Of a stretch of DNA of 64,000 bases, positions 26,770 to 38,114 are shown one piece after another. The DNA comes from Balanoglossus misakiensis (Eukaryota > Animalia > Hemichordata). The notes beneath the pieces were generated by a model. The model searched no databases. It was given only the letters and a program-made list of their open reading frames with translations, and had not been told where the DNA came from. Numbering within the stretch: the first letter of the stretch is position 1; every line of letters starts with the position of its first letter. The DNA is taken from contig CM082595.2 of the NCBI GenBank assembly GCA_040954595.2, forward strand, positions 8,414,317-8,478,316, written 5' to 3'. Both the position numbers and the translations under genes were made by a program.

Positions 26770-26964
26770 GTTATTGCTATTAGTACAGGTTTACGGTGAT
26801 TTGCCTGCCTGATGTATGGCTACATATGATATAAAGCGAACACCTTGGCTGGAATTCTATAGTGTCTATTGTATTGTAACACAGAATTGATAATGATGAT
26901 TAATGCATCTTTAGAATGTATTTTAAAGTGTTTTAGTTGCTGCTCGGTATAGACAGCGCCCTCG

Positions 26965-28143
26965 TTGGTACCAGCCCTATTACTTACGTTTTTGTATTAC
27001 TGCGCATGCGCAATTGATACGGCTGTACTGCCGCGCTCATCAACGGACTCGTTACTTAGTCTTGCAAGAGACCAAAATATGTCGTATAATCTGCGCAAAA
27101 GAAGTGCAATAACCGAAAGTTCATGCACAGGATGTGGTGTAGATCGTTGTGGATCGCCATCAGTATTCAGCAGTGACACCGACAGCAAACCAGTCGAACC
27201 TGAGTCGCCAGCTTCAGTGATCGACGGATATCTATCTCCGGTAAGCCCCAATATGCCTGACGAGTGCCCGACCGACCTCAGTAAGTCACACGGAGCCAAC
27301 CAACTCGAAAATAGGATCGATCGCCTAGAGCGGACCGTAGACAAACTAGCCGGACTTGTTGAACGCTCTCTTACCGTGACAGACAAGAAGAACGAGCTTC
27401 CCCGCCAAAACGCAGTTGGCTACAATCAAATGGAGCGCCCCCACAGTTCTCAGCCCCCGGTACACGAACCAGCTGGAGTTGGTAACAAGGCATTCGATAC
27501 TTTACACCAGAGGAAAACCCTTCACGAAGGAGTGCCCCTGGCGACAAGAAATAAAGTTCTTGCTGGTGAGTACATTGATCTGAGCGAGTTACATCCATTG
27601 AACTTTGCTCATGTCTCAACACCGGACAAAATAGAAGCTACTATCGATGGCAGCCAAGATGTCTTCAACCCTAAGCGGAAAAAAGTTCCTATATCAATCT
27701 TTGGCGCTTGCCTGAACGCCTTTGCTATACTGGAAAGCATTCTACTCGAAAAGAAGCCAGCCACAGCAACATCACTTCTTGCATACCGCCAACTTATCCA
27801 GAACTGTGACAGCAAATTTACATGGCCAGTGGTGTATGCATATGATGTTAGATTTCGACACCAACTAAGTGAAACCTGCTCCTTTGACTACCACGCCCTG
27901 AACCAGGACCTGTACATCACTACATTCATGGACCCTGGTGCAGTAAAGACCACACGTAGGGAATGTTATCGCTGCAAAGCCACAGATCACTTAGCTAAGG
28001 AGTGTCCCTTTCGTGAGGAACTATCCACACCGGCGGAGAACACAAAGAAGAAAACAAAAACGGATGAGGTTTGCTTGCTCTACCAAACAGGTGAATGTAG
28101 ATTCGCAAAGTGTAAGCGCCAGCACAAGTGCAAACGATGTTGA
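26965..28143 (+). CDS. DIRS/Ngaro gag (likely ATG start at 27079)
   Basis: KVLAGEYIDLSEL, WPVVYAYDVRFR, CCHC knuckle CYRCKATDHLAKEC, CCCH finger at the C-terminus. Confidence 0.8.
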   Translation: MVPALLLTFLYYCACAIDTAVLPRSSTDSLLSLARDQNMSYNLRKRSAITESSCTGCGVDRCGSPSVFSSDTDSKPVEPESPASVIDGYLSPVSPNMPDECPTDLSKSHGANQLENRIDRLERTVDKLAGLVERSLTVTDKKNELPRQNAVGYNQMERPHSSQPPVHEPAGVGNKAFDTLHQRKTLHEGVPLATRNKVLAGEYIDLSELHPLNFAHVSTPDKIEATIDGSQDVFNPKRKKVPISIFGACLNAFAILESILLEKKPATATSLLAYRQLIQNCDSKFTWPVVYAYDVRFRHQLSETCSFDYHALNQDLYITTFMDPGAVKTTRRECYRCKATDHLAKECPFREELSTPAENTKKKTKTDEVCLLYQTGECRFAKCKRQHKCKRC

Positions 28144-29490
28144 GCAGACTCACCCCTCATCAACTGCAAAACTTGCATATCACTTCAACGCGGAAGTGTG
28201 GCAGCAAGTTCTCAATAAACACCCAGATAAACAATATGCTGAAAAAATCCTGACGTGGATTCAACACGGGGTGCCTATTGGTTTCAAGGGCCAAATGCTG
28301 CAAACCCCCCTGCTGTCAGCTAATTGGAAGAGCGCACTTGACGTTAAGGACAAAGTTACGCATAAACTTTTAGAGGAAGTCAAGAAAGGATACAAAGCAG
28401 GACCATTTATTACTCCACCATTCCAATCATTTATTAGTTCACCACAAGGAGCGCGACCAAAGAAGAATACAAATAAATATCGGATAATTCATGACCTTTC
28501 CTGGCCTCCAGGGCACTCTGTGAACGATCACATATCGAAGGACGAATATAGTTGTCAGTACATATCGATCGATGCGGCTATCGAGCACATAAAACGTTTA
28601 GGTAAGGGGTCCCTTATCGCAAAGGTTGACCTCGAAGATGCATTCTACCAAATACCTGTCACACCGGATGACTGGAATCTACTCGTCTGTTCCTGGGACC
28701 TTGAAATCGACGGCGAACTCCAAACATGCTATTTCTATAGCAAAGTGTTGCCATTCGGTCTCAGGAGCAGCCCAGCGATTTTCAATGAGTTTGCTGACGG
28801 TCTTCAGTTTACCATGCAAGCTGCACACAACATTGATCTAGTGGAACATTACCTTGATGATTACTTCACAGCTGGCCGCGCAGGCACAAATCAGTGCAGT
28901 AGAAACCTTCAGGGAATGTTACTCGCTTGCGATGAACTTGGGTTTCCTGTAAACCCTACAAAAGTCACCACCCCCTCCACAACCATGGAGTTTCTTGGCA
29001 TAACACTATACACAATCCGCATGGAGGCACGAGTGTCTCAGGACTGCATTGATGACACTCTGACGGAACTTCTTGCCTGGATGACAATGAAACGGGCAAC
29101 AAAGCGACAAATCTTGTCACTTATTGGTAAACTTACCTTCATCACCCGGGTATGTCGACCCGGTCGTACCTTTCTCAGACGACTAATAGACACTTCATCA
29201 GGACTGAAACGCCTACACTATAAAGTAAAACTGAACCGCAATTTCAAACTGGACCTTCAATGGTGGATTGACTACTTACCTACATGGAATGGTGTCAGTA
29301 TGTTCTACGACAGTTACTGGACAAATAATGTTGACCTACATCTTTACACTGATGCTTCAGACATTGGCTATGGTGGAGTGTTCGGTGTGCAAAAAATCCA
29401 AGGAAAGTTCGTCAATGAGATTCCTGCCTACACCCCTCAAATCTATTCTATTAACTGGAGGGAACTTTACGCTATCGAGCGTGCTGCACT
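28013..29490 (+). pseudogene. DIRS/Ngaro RT-RNase H, truncated in RNase H
   Basis: YRIIHDLSWPPGHSVND, KVDLEDAF, LPFGLRSSPAIF, HYLDDY, LYTDAS, INWRELYAI. Confidence 0.88.
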
Positions 29491-29865
29491 TGTCGTTGAC
29501 GAAATACACGCAGGTGACTGGGATGATTATTTGGAACGGATGTTTATTAGAAGCTGTGTCTGGTGGGTGGTTAAGAGATATGGGTATGTTAATGAGAGAC
29601 GCTTCATCATTCAACTACGTTGCATTAATGGTGACGAGGTTAAGTCACGTGTTTGGTGGCTTGCTTCGGTAAAGCGTCCATCCAATTTTGAATTGTTCAA
29701 TTTGCGAGACAAATACATGTACTATTGTGACTACACAAAGATTCACAGAGTGGACGAATCAGCCTTTGTAGCAGAAATCATTAGACGCTTTGCGTAACAA
29801 CTGTACAATTTCTATAAATTGGTGTCTTCGTCGCGTTTTAAGTATAACCTTCATTCAACGCACCC

Positions 29866-30408
29866 GTGCGAGAAGCGATACATAGCAGAACGATGGCAGA
29901 AGCTCCAAAATTCTCATCTGTCGCAACTCAAACATCCGATGAGGAGTTTAATGAGAATGTGGTGCAGAGCGATCCATTATGGTTGGAAGAGGAAACTTTA
30001 ACGGAAGATGAAGAAATGGAATTAGCCAGACTAGCACGTAGAGCGGAAAAATATCTCGAGCTGGAGAGGAAATTACAAACGAAACTTTTCTGTGCCCTGC
30101 GTACTAATATATCAGTTATGGCGAGGGAGGACTGTGAAGGGTGTGAACTTGACGACCCATCGCAATTTCATCATGACTGTATGATGACTCCTATCGGAAC
30201 AATGGCGGACAAGTACTTTGATGATGCAATGGAGAGAGTGGATCTTTCGACACTAATGTCCGAGATGATGGTTGAAACCGGATTAGACAATGGACAATTA
30301 CTGGATGTATTGATGCATTCGTGCTACTCGCTATTTGGGAGTGCGGAGGAAGACAAAAAGGAACAAAAAAAGTTTTTAGAGAAGTTCGTTAAACATTTCG
30401 AAGAATAG
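29866..30408 (+). CDS. Polinton-type accessory protein (likely ATG start at 29893)
   Basis: Acidic protein with CEGCELDDPSQFHHDC motif, which I recognise from Polinton/adintovirus accessory ORFs. Confidence 0.6.
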   Translation: MREAIHSRTMAEAPKFSSVATQTSDEEFNENVVQSDPLWLEEETLTEDEEMELARLARRAEKYLELERKLQTKLFCALRTNISVMAREDCEGCELDDPSQFHHDCMMTPIGTMADKYFDDAMERVDLSTLMSEMMVETGLDNGQLLDVLMHSCYSLFGSAEEDKKEQKKFLEKFVKHFEE

Positions 30409-30705
30409 AAAGAGATTGGAACAATATCTCATCATATTTTTTTCTTCTTCCCTCTTTTGTTTTGTTTTCATCTTTTCTTTGATAATGAAAAAGTAGTTAC
30501 TGGATAAGAATACAAGATTTGGTGAGTTATTTTGTAATGTAAACCATGTTTTCTACCCTTTTCATAGTCAATGCGGTATCATTATTCTGCGTGAGTGTGA
30601 TTTTGTATACCTTTCTTTAGTTTTGTTTCTGATTTTTTTTAATGCTTATTTAGTTTCTTCAAATGTACAGCAACAACAACAACAACAAAAGATCAATAAG
30701 ATTAC

Positions 30706-31913
30706 GTGATGGTTTCGAGTGGTAATAAAAAGCGGGGTGTTTTCTGTCAAAAAATTAAACCTGAGTGTGGCTCTTTACTTGAGTGTCTCACCATCTCTTC
30801 CTTACTTCCTTCAAACCCAGAGCGTGGTTCGTTTCTTGACGGTCTTACTTACTACACTATGACTGAAAGTTCCCATCCACGAAGATTATCGGAGGCCGAC
30901 ATTCTATCATGTCGTACCGTAGAAGAAGTAACCTCGTTATTAAAGCTACACGGGGCTACTATCTCTCCGGAATTGCAGCTTCTAGTGGTGCGTAAGGTCT
31001 GTCATCTGACACGGAGAGAGTTTTCTGACGTGACAGAAGACGAGATAAAGAGTTGCGTCTCGCTAAGAGAACTTGATTCTATGTTAGAATCATCCAGCAA
31101 TCGCGTACCTGATGATGTACATCTGGCGGCCCTGAACGCACGTGCTGATCTCATCCGCGCGACGGAGAGAGAGTCAACAGATGGGGAAGCAAGCTGTGGA
31201 ATCCGGGTAAGTTCAGACAATGTAGAACCTCTTTTGCCCACTTGTGAATTTCAATGGGAAAACCAACAAACATGTATGGGTGAAATTGCGTGTAACGAAG
31301 ATCAGCGTGGTGGTAGTACCTCTGGGAATAAAAATCCCGTGATTATTGATGAGTCATTTGTTCAGCCGGAGAACCCTCCTCCTTCAGTTGATTTGGTGCC
31401 GGGCCCTGCACAGAACCCCAGAAAACGTAGAATGAGCGTTGAAGAAATTCGCGATAACGCGGAAGAATTGTTTGAAATTCGCAAAGTAAGTCAGCGCTAT
31501 ATTAAGAAATTTAATACGCGCGGAAGTGACTATGTCGTGCATTTTACGCCAATCCAGACCGATGACTTGCGCGAGGCGTTAAATTCACTATATCAAGCTT
31601 TCGGGGCACTTTTTGATCATTTAACTCGGGAAATGAATCCGAACGACGTGAAAAGAGTAGTCTTTCGCACACCCCAATTGGATCGGGCAATAAATTTACC
31701 ATTTGTGAAAGTACGCGATTGTACATCGGATGCGGTTTTTGCCGAAGTTCAATCAATCAAACGAATCATTTAAGATTGACGAAGAGGTATTTGTTAATAT
31801 CGTTCACGTGGAAATCCCAGCGGGTGGGAAAGGACCGCGAAATAAAAATGTTAACGCGGATCAATTACGAAAAGTTAAGAAGAGTATTGTACGTATTCAA
31901 AACAAAGATAGAT
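30706..31913 (+). pseudogene. N-terminus of Polinton protein-primed DNA polymerase B, frameshifted and truncated
   Basis: KKFNT..Y.V.F, QLDRAINLPF, then in a shifted frame QSNESFKIDEEVFVNIVHVEIPAGG...KKSIVRIQNKD; catalytic domains absent. Confidence 0.7.
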
Positions 31914-32185
31914 TAATTATGTTTGATACAAGACGCCATTTATGTTATTCTACATGTAGATATATGGTGAATCAACATTCAACCACACACAACTTCCATC
32001 TCGTTTGTACGATATAAGAGTAAAAACTCGCCCAAAATGAATAAATGGTAAAGAACGAATATTCATTTTGGCGAGTTTTTCACTCTCCTGTCTATAAGAG
32101 GGATGGAAGTTGTGTGTGGTTGAACGTTCATTCGCTATATATCCACATGTAGAATAACAAACCGTGTCTCTTAGCAAATATAATA
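31914..32185. repeat. Fold-back (MITE-like) inverted repeat, ~125-bp imperfect arms
   Basis: gttattctacatgt..ttcaaccacacacaacttccatc..aaaaactcgcccaaaatgaata is mirrored by tattcattttggcgagttttt..gatggaagttgtgtgtggttgaa..acatgtagaataac. Confidence 0.85.
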
Positions 32186-33169
32186 TGGGAAAAAGGGCAG
32201 CGAGAGAGAAACTTTGTCCCTCACCTGGGGAGTAAATGCATATGCGTGTGTATTTAAAGTTAACTGTAAATCCCCAGGTTAATACGTGGCCAAAAGCACT
32301 GTAATTTGACATTTCTAATGATGGTGAGATGTTGTTTGCTCCCCAGGGAGTTGAATGGAATATTTAGGTCCAACGACCTAGGTCAAATGACCATGGGACA
32401 ACTTAAAGCACGTTGAGATTTAATGTGCTACATAAGTTATAAATATTATAAAAATATTATTACATAAACAACACTCTTGCTTAGCAAAGGAAGTGGTCAG
32501 GTGAAATATATTCGCAGAGCTGACCAATTCTTTAAGGAAAATTAAAGTTGGGTAATTTGGACGTATTCATACAAGTGTTGGTCAATGATAGGAAAGTCCT
32601 TTGTTCATTTTCAAAATGAAAACCAAAAATGCGAACAAAACACACTGAATTACGTATGGGATATTGATGTTGCCTAATTTGCGTGTCTCCACATTTACTT
32701 AAACTCTCACAGGGAGACAAATGTCACAGCAAACGGAAAAATGATTATGCTATACACACAACACTTTTATTGATCATGAAAAATGTTCATGAGAATTGTG
32801 TTATGGTACTTTTCGTGGCTCACGAACTGTGTTATGGGAAATCTGACAAGGAATCCAAACTGTACCACATACACAACACTTTTATTAAGCGTGGGAAATG
32901 GTCCTGAGAACAATATTCTCAGAGTTGACAAACTGTGTTATCTGCGTTATATTGATGTTGTCTAATTTACACGCCTGTACATTTATTTATACTCTGACTT
33001 TGAACTTAATAAGACAGCGCCTGCTAAGGTCAAGTTGCCACGTACACTTGTAATTAGCATAGGTAATGATCATGATAACTTCATTTTCAGAGCTGACAAA
33101 CTGTGTTATGTGAAATTCATGTTGCCTATTTCATGATAATGGCTTGTGGTACACAAGGGTTAACAGCAA

Positions 33170-35060
33170 TCAGCAGTTGGTTGTATGATAGGTATGATGA
33201 TTGGTTTACAAATGTGAATGGTATAATAATGGGCAACACATGTGGAAGTGTTTAATAAACAGTTAACTAATGTGGTTATGGTTTGTGGTAAAATTGAGTG
33301 TACACAGATTATAATGGGCCAAAACGATGAATATAATAAAGGTTAATGATGGTGAAGGGTTTCATGTGAATGATGTAATAAAGGTTAACAAATGTGGTGA
33401 TAGCTTTGGTGTACAGGGCTGTTGATATCTATAGTAATGACAAAGGTATAATAATGATAAAAGCTTAAATAAGTGTTGGGGTATATTCATCATGATGGTT
33501 CATTCATTGGTTAATGTGTATATTTTATGAATAACATGCTATAGTTTATCAGTTAGATCATAATCAGGGTATTTCCATGCATATTGTCATCATGATTCAG
33601 TGGAATTCTTCGGAATAGTACCTTGTGATCATTTTCGAGCACTGACGCATTGTACGCCACAGACATGCAGAAAATATTAACATGTAACTCACAGGCATAA
33701 TGTTAAATCTAAACGACTATATGTTAGGTTAATTTTACCTCCCCACGTACCCCATCCTAATTCCAAATTTAGCTTGCTGTGAGGTTTTTGGGTAGTACCG
33801 ATCAGGAAACTTACAAGGCTCATTCACTGTGTCCAATATTGGATTTGACACACTGTGTCTGGGGTGGGTAAAGCATGGTGAAATGTTGGCGGTAAACTTT
33901 AACCAGGCAGGTCACATGAAAGGAAGATTTTATCATTTGAGTTCGATGACATACATGATAAGATATGTCACTTTTGACACCTTTTTTGCAATTTGACTTG
34001 GACGCAGATGTATCTTTTCCTTTGGACACAGTACCATAAAATCATACCCTGGTCACACACAGTGACAAATGTGAGCCTTTGACTATCATGTTAAATTATC
34101 ATTTTAAGCACCCTCAGTGAAGTTTAGTACAGGTTATTCTTGTTCAGTGTGGAAACACACTGCTTTCAATACATGTTCCCTGTGGGGTGTTGAAGGATGC
34201 AGTAACAGATTAATAATTGGTTGTGATTACTTTTGCTAGAATTGGGTTAACAGCAATGGCTGGTCTTAAGGGTATGCTAATATGTTCATAAATGTGAATG
34301 GTATAATAAAGGGGAACACATATGAATGTTTAATAAAAAGGTTACAAATGTGATAATTGTTGGTAAAATTTAACTGTACATAGGTTATAAATGGTTAACA
34401 GCATTTGCTTGTATGAAGGGTATGATCATAGGGTAACAAATGTGAATGGTATAAAAATGTATAATAGTAGGTTTATAATAAGATGATTGCTTGTGTTCAC
34501 AGGTTACAGTGGGTAAATGACATGATGTCATAATGTTAAATCTGAACGATTATATGCTAGGTTAGCTTTACCTCCCCAGCCTATTCAAATTCGAAATTTA
34601 GCTTGCCATGCAGTTTTCGGGTAGTACCAATTGGGAAACTTTCAAGGTTCATTCATTAAACCAAATATTGGATTTGACACACTGTGTCTGGGGTGGGTAA
34701 AGCATGGTGAAATGTTGGCAGTAAACTTTAACCAGACAGGTCACATGTAAGGAAGATTTTATCATTTGAGTTCGATGACATAAGTGATAAGATATGTCAG
34801 TTTTGACACCTTTTTTGCAGACGTTTCCCATTTGACAAAGTAGGCAAAGTCCAGTCTGTGTTTAAAATGATACCCTGGTCACACACAGTGAGAAATGTCA
34901 GCCTTTGACTACCATGTTAAATTATCTAATTTATGCATTGTTAATCATGCACTGTGATGTTTACTGCAGGTAAATTTTTTCCCCTGTGGAAACTTACTAT
35001 GCTTTGAATACATGTTCCCTAATGGGGTGTTGAAGGATACAGTAGGATCTGTTTCTGTAG
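33170..35060 (+). repeat. Diverged ~830-bp tandem repeat (about 2 units); related segment at 22466-22690
   Basis: ggatttgacacactgtgtctggggtgggtaaagcatgg at ~33841 and ~34670; taccctggtcacacacagtga at ~34045, ~34871 and ~22498. Confidence 0.85.
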
Positions 35061-35064
35061 CAAA

Positions 35065-37434
35065 TGATTTTTCTGAACTTTTGCAAAGTCGAAATTTCAG
35101 GACCCATGATTTTTTTTCACAAAATGACGAAATTTTGAAATTTCGCAAAATCGAATTTTTTTTTATTTTTGGGTGATTTTTATGACCCATGATTTTTTTT
35201 TCAAAAATGAAGATATTTTGAACTTTCGCAAAGACGAAAAATTGTCATTTTTGGATGATTTTCAAGAGTTATAATGCATGATTTTTATCTTCAAAAATGT
35301 GACGAAATTTTGAACTTTCGCAAAGTCGAAAAATACTCATTTTTGGACAATTTTCATGAGCTATAACGCATGATATTTTTCTTTAAAAATGTGAAGAAAT
35401 TTTGAACTTTCGAAATGTGGAAAAATTGTAATTTCAGGATGATTTTCATGAGCTAAAACCCATGATTTTTTTCAAAAAAGCGAAGAAATTTTGAACTTTC
35501 GCAAAGTCGAAAAATTGTAATTTTTTGATGGTTTTCATGAGCTGTAACCATGATTTTTTTCAAGAAAACGAAGAAATTTTGAACTTTCGCAAAGTCGAAA
35601 AATTGTTATTTTTGGATGATTTTCGAGAGCTAAAACCCATGTTTTTTTTTTCAAAAATGTGAAGAGATGTTGAACTTTCGCAAAGTCGAAATATTGTCAT
35701 TTTGGACGATTTTCAGGACTATAACCCATGATTTTTTTTTAAAAAGTGAAGAAATTTAGAAATTTCGCAAAGTCGAAAAATTGTCATTTTTGGATGATGT
35801 TCATGAGCTATAACCCATGATTTTTTTCTTCAAAAATGTGAAGAAATTTTGAACTTTCGCAAAGTCGAAAAATTGTTATTTTTGGATGATTTTCGAGAGC
35901 TAAAACCCATGTTTTTTTTTAAAAAAAGTGAAGAAATGTTGAACTTTCGCAAAGTCTAAAAATAGTCATTTTTGCACGATTTTCAGGACCTATAAGCCAT
36001 GATTTTCTTCAAAAAATGAAGAAATTTTGAAATTTCGCAAAGTCGAATTTTTTTTATTTTTAGGTGATTTTTATGACCCATGATTCTTTCAAAAAATGAA
36101 GAAATTTTGAACTTTCAAAATGTGGAAAAATTGTCATTTTTGGATGATGTTCATGAGCTATAACCCATGATTTTTTTCAAAAAATGAAAACAATTTGAAA
36201 TTTCGCAAAGTCGAAAAATCGTAATTTTTGATGGTTTTCATAAGCTGTAACCCATGATTTTTTTCACGAAAACCTAGAAATTTTGAACATTCACAAAGTC
36301 AAACAATAGTTATTTTTTGATGGTTTTCATGAGCTGTAACCCATAATTTTTTTCAAGAAAACGAAGAAATTTTGAACTTTCGCAATGTGGAAAAATTGTC
36401 ATTTTTGGATGATTTTCATGAGCTATAACCCATGATTTTTTTCAAAAAAGTGAAGAAATTTAGAAATTTCGCAAAGTCGAAAAATTGTCATTTTTGGATG
36501 ATGTTCATGGGCTATAACCCATGATTTTTTTCTTCAAAAATGTGAAGAAATTTTGAACTTTCGTAAAGTCGAAAAATTGTTATTTTTGGATGATTTTCGA
36601 GAGCTAAAACCCATGTTTTTTTTTCAAAAATGTGAAGAGATGTTGAACTTTCGCAAAGTCGAAATATTGTCATTTTGGACGATTTTCATGACTATAACCC
36701 ATGATTTATTTTAAAAAAGTGAAGAAATTTAGAAATTTCGCAAAGTCGAAAAATTGTCATTTTTGGATGATGTTCATGAGCTATAACCCATGATTTTTTT
36801 CTTCAAAAATGTGAAGAAATTTTGAACTTTCGCAAAGTCGAAATATTGTCATTTTTGGACGATTTTCAGGACCTATAACCCATGAATTTTTTTCAAAAAT
36901 GTGAAGATATTTTGAACTTTCGCAAAGTCGAAATATTGTCATTTTTGGACGATTTTCATGACCCATGATTTTTTTTTAAAAAGTGAAGAAATTTTAAACT
37001 TTCGCAATGTGGAAAAAATTATCTTTTTAGGATGATTTTCATGAGCTAAAACCCATTATTTTTTTCAAAAAAGCGAAGAAATTTTGAACTTTCGCAAAGA
37101 CGAAAAATTGTAATTTTTTGATGGTTTTCATGAGCTGTAACCATGATTTTTTTCAAGAAAACGAAGAAATTTTGAACTTTCGCAAAATCAAAAAAAAATT
37201 ATTTTTGGATGATTTTCAAGAGCTAAAACACACAATTTTTTTTTCAAAAATGTGAAGAGATTTTGAACTTTCGCAAAGTCGAAATATTGTCATTTTGGAC
37301 GATTTTCATGACCCATGATTTTTTTTCAAAAAAGTGAAGAAATTTTGAACTTTCGCAAAGTCGAAATTTTTTTATTTTTGGGTGATTTTTATGACCCGTT
37401 ATTTTTTCAAAAAATGAAGACATTTTGAACCTTT
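35065..37434 (+). repeat. ~89-bp satellite array
   Basis: Continuous head-to-tail units. Confidence 0.97.
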
Positions 37435-38012
37435 TGTGATGATGAGGTCATTTTAGTGTGACCTTTACTGGCTAGTAAGATTTCTTTTGTTTTGGGTGAC
37501 CAGGTGTTGATGAATATTCATTTGATTGACATGTATAAATACACATGCTACCATGTGGTCAGGGGGCTATTTTTTTCGCTGGACACTGTGCCGGTAACTT
37601 CAGTGCTGGGGACTCCATGCTGCTGTTTGGGACCTTTCGCAGGCCGTTTTGTTTGACTTCAAGGACTTCAGAAGTTGTGAGTGCATGCACACCACTTGGA
37701 CCTAAACCAGACTTTGCTGCTGTTTTGTTTGACTTCGAGTTGTAAGTACACACCACTCGGACTGAAACCAGACTTTCCTGTACGTCGGAAGTCTTTGACT
37801 TTACTGCATATTTGCTGCTCGTGTGCTTCACGACTGGAGTCCTAGCTGAGTATATGGAGTGCTGTGTGTGTTGCTCAGTTTGGTTCGCATTCATTGTTTT
37901 ATGACCTGTTAATCCCTTTTTGCCTGCAACTTAATTTTGTTAGTATAGCGAATAGCCATTAAATACTTTTTATAAAAGGAAAACCACTGACTTCGCCCTT
38001 TCTGTCATAACA
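37435..38012 (+). repeat. 5' LTR
   Basis: TGTGATGA...TCATAACA; same text as 42877-43454. Confidence 0.95.
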
Positions 38013-38017
38013 GAAAT

Positions 38018-38034
38018 TGGGGGCTCGTCCGGGA
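38018..38034 (+). promoter_or_regulatory. Primer-binding site, tRNA-Pro type
   Basis: TGGGGGCTCGTCCGGGA immediately downstream of the 5' LTR. Confidence 0.9.
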
Positions 38035-38114
38035 GTTATTTGAATTTGTGCACTCGTTTGAAAATTGTCCAATATATTTGTTTCGGCTTTGTGTGAACTC
38101 GGCGGTTTTCCGAC

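Larger units (their letters stand above)
23490..26940 (+). mobile_element. Probable 5' part of a Ngaro/DIRS-type element with a spliced gag-like gene, interrupted by a LINE
   Basis: Thr-rich reading frame from ATG 23607 resumes after the LINE, GT-AG intron 25565-26238, CCHC exon 26239-26769. Family assignment and outer boundaries are inference. Confidence 0.45.
26946..29490 (+). mobile_element. DIRS/Ngaro-type tyrosine-recombinase retrotransposon, 3'-truncated (no YR)
   Basis: Overlapping gag and RT-RNase H ORFs with group-typical motifs; boundaries approximate. Confidence 0.85.
29491..31913 (+). mobile_element. Polinton/Maverick (adintovirus-like) fragment
   Basis: Compact co-oriented ORFs ending in the N-terminal region typical of Polinton protein-primed PolB; no capsid, ATPase or integrase seen. 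Confidence 0.7.

Noticed and set aside
32520-33130. Possible gene in an AT-rich region with short ORFs
   Set aside because: Only short diverged repeats (tattgatgttg, acaaactgtgttat) and no coding signal.
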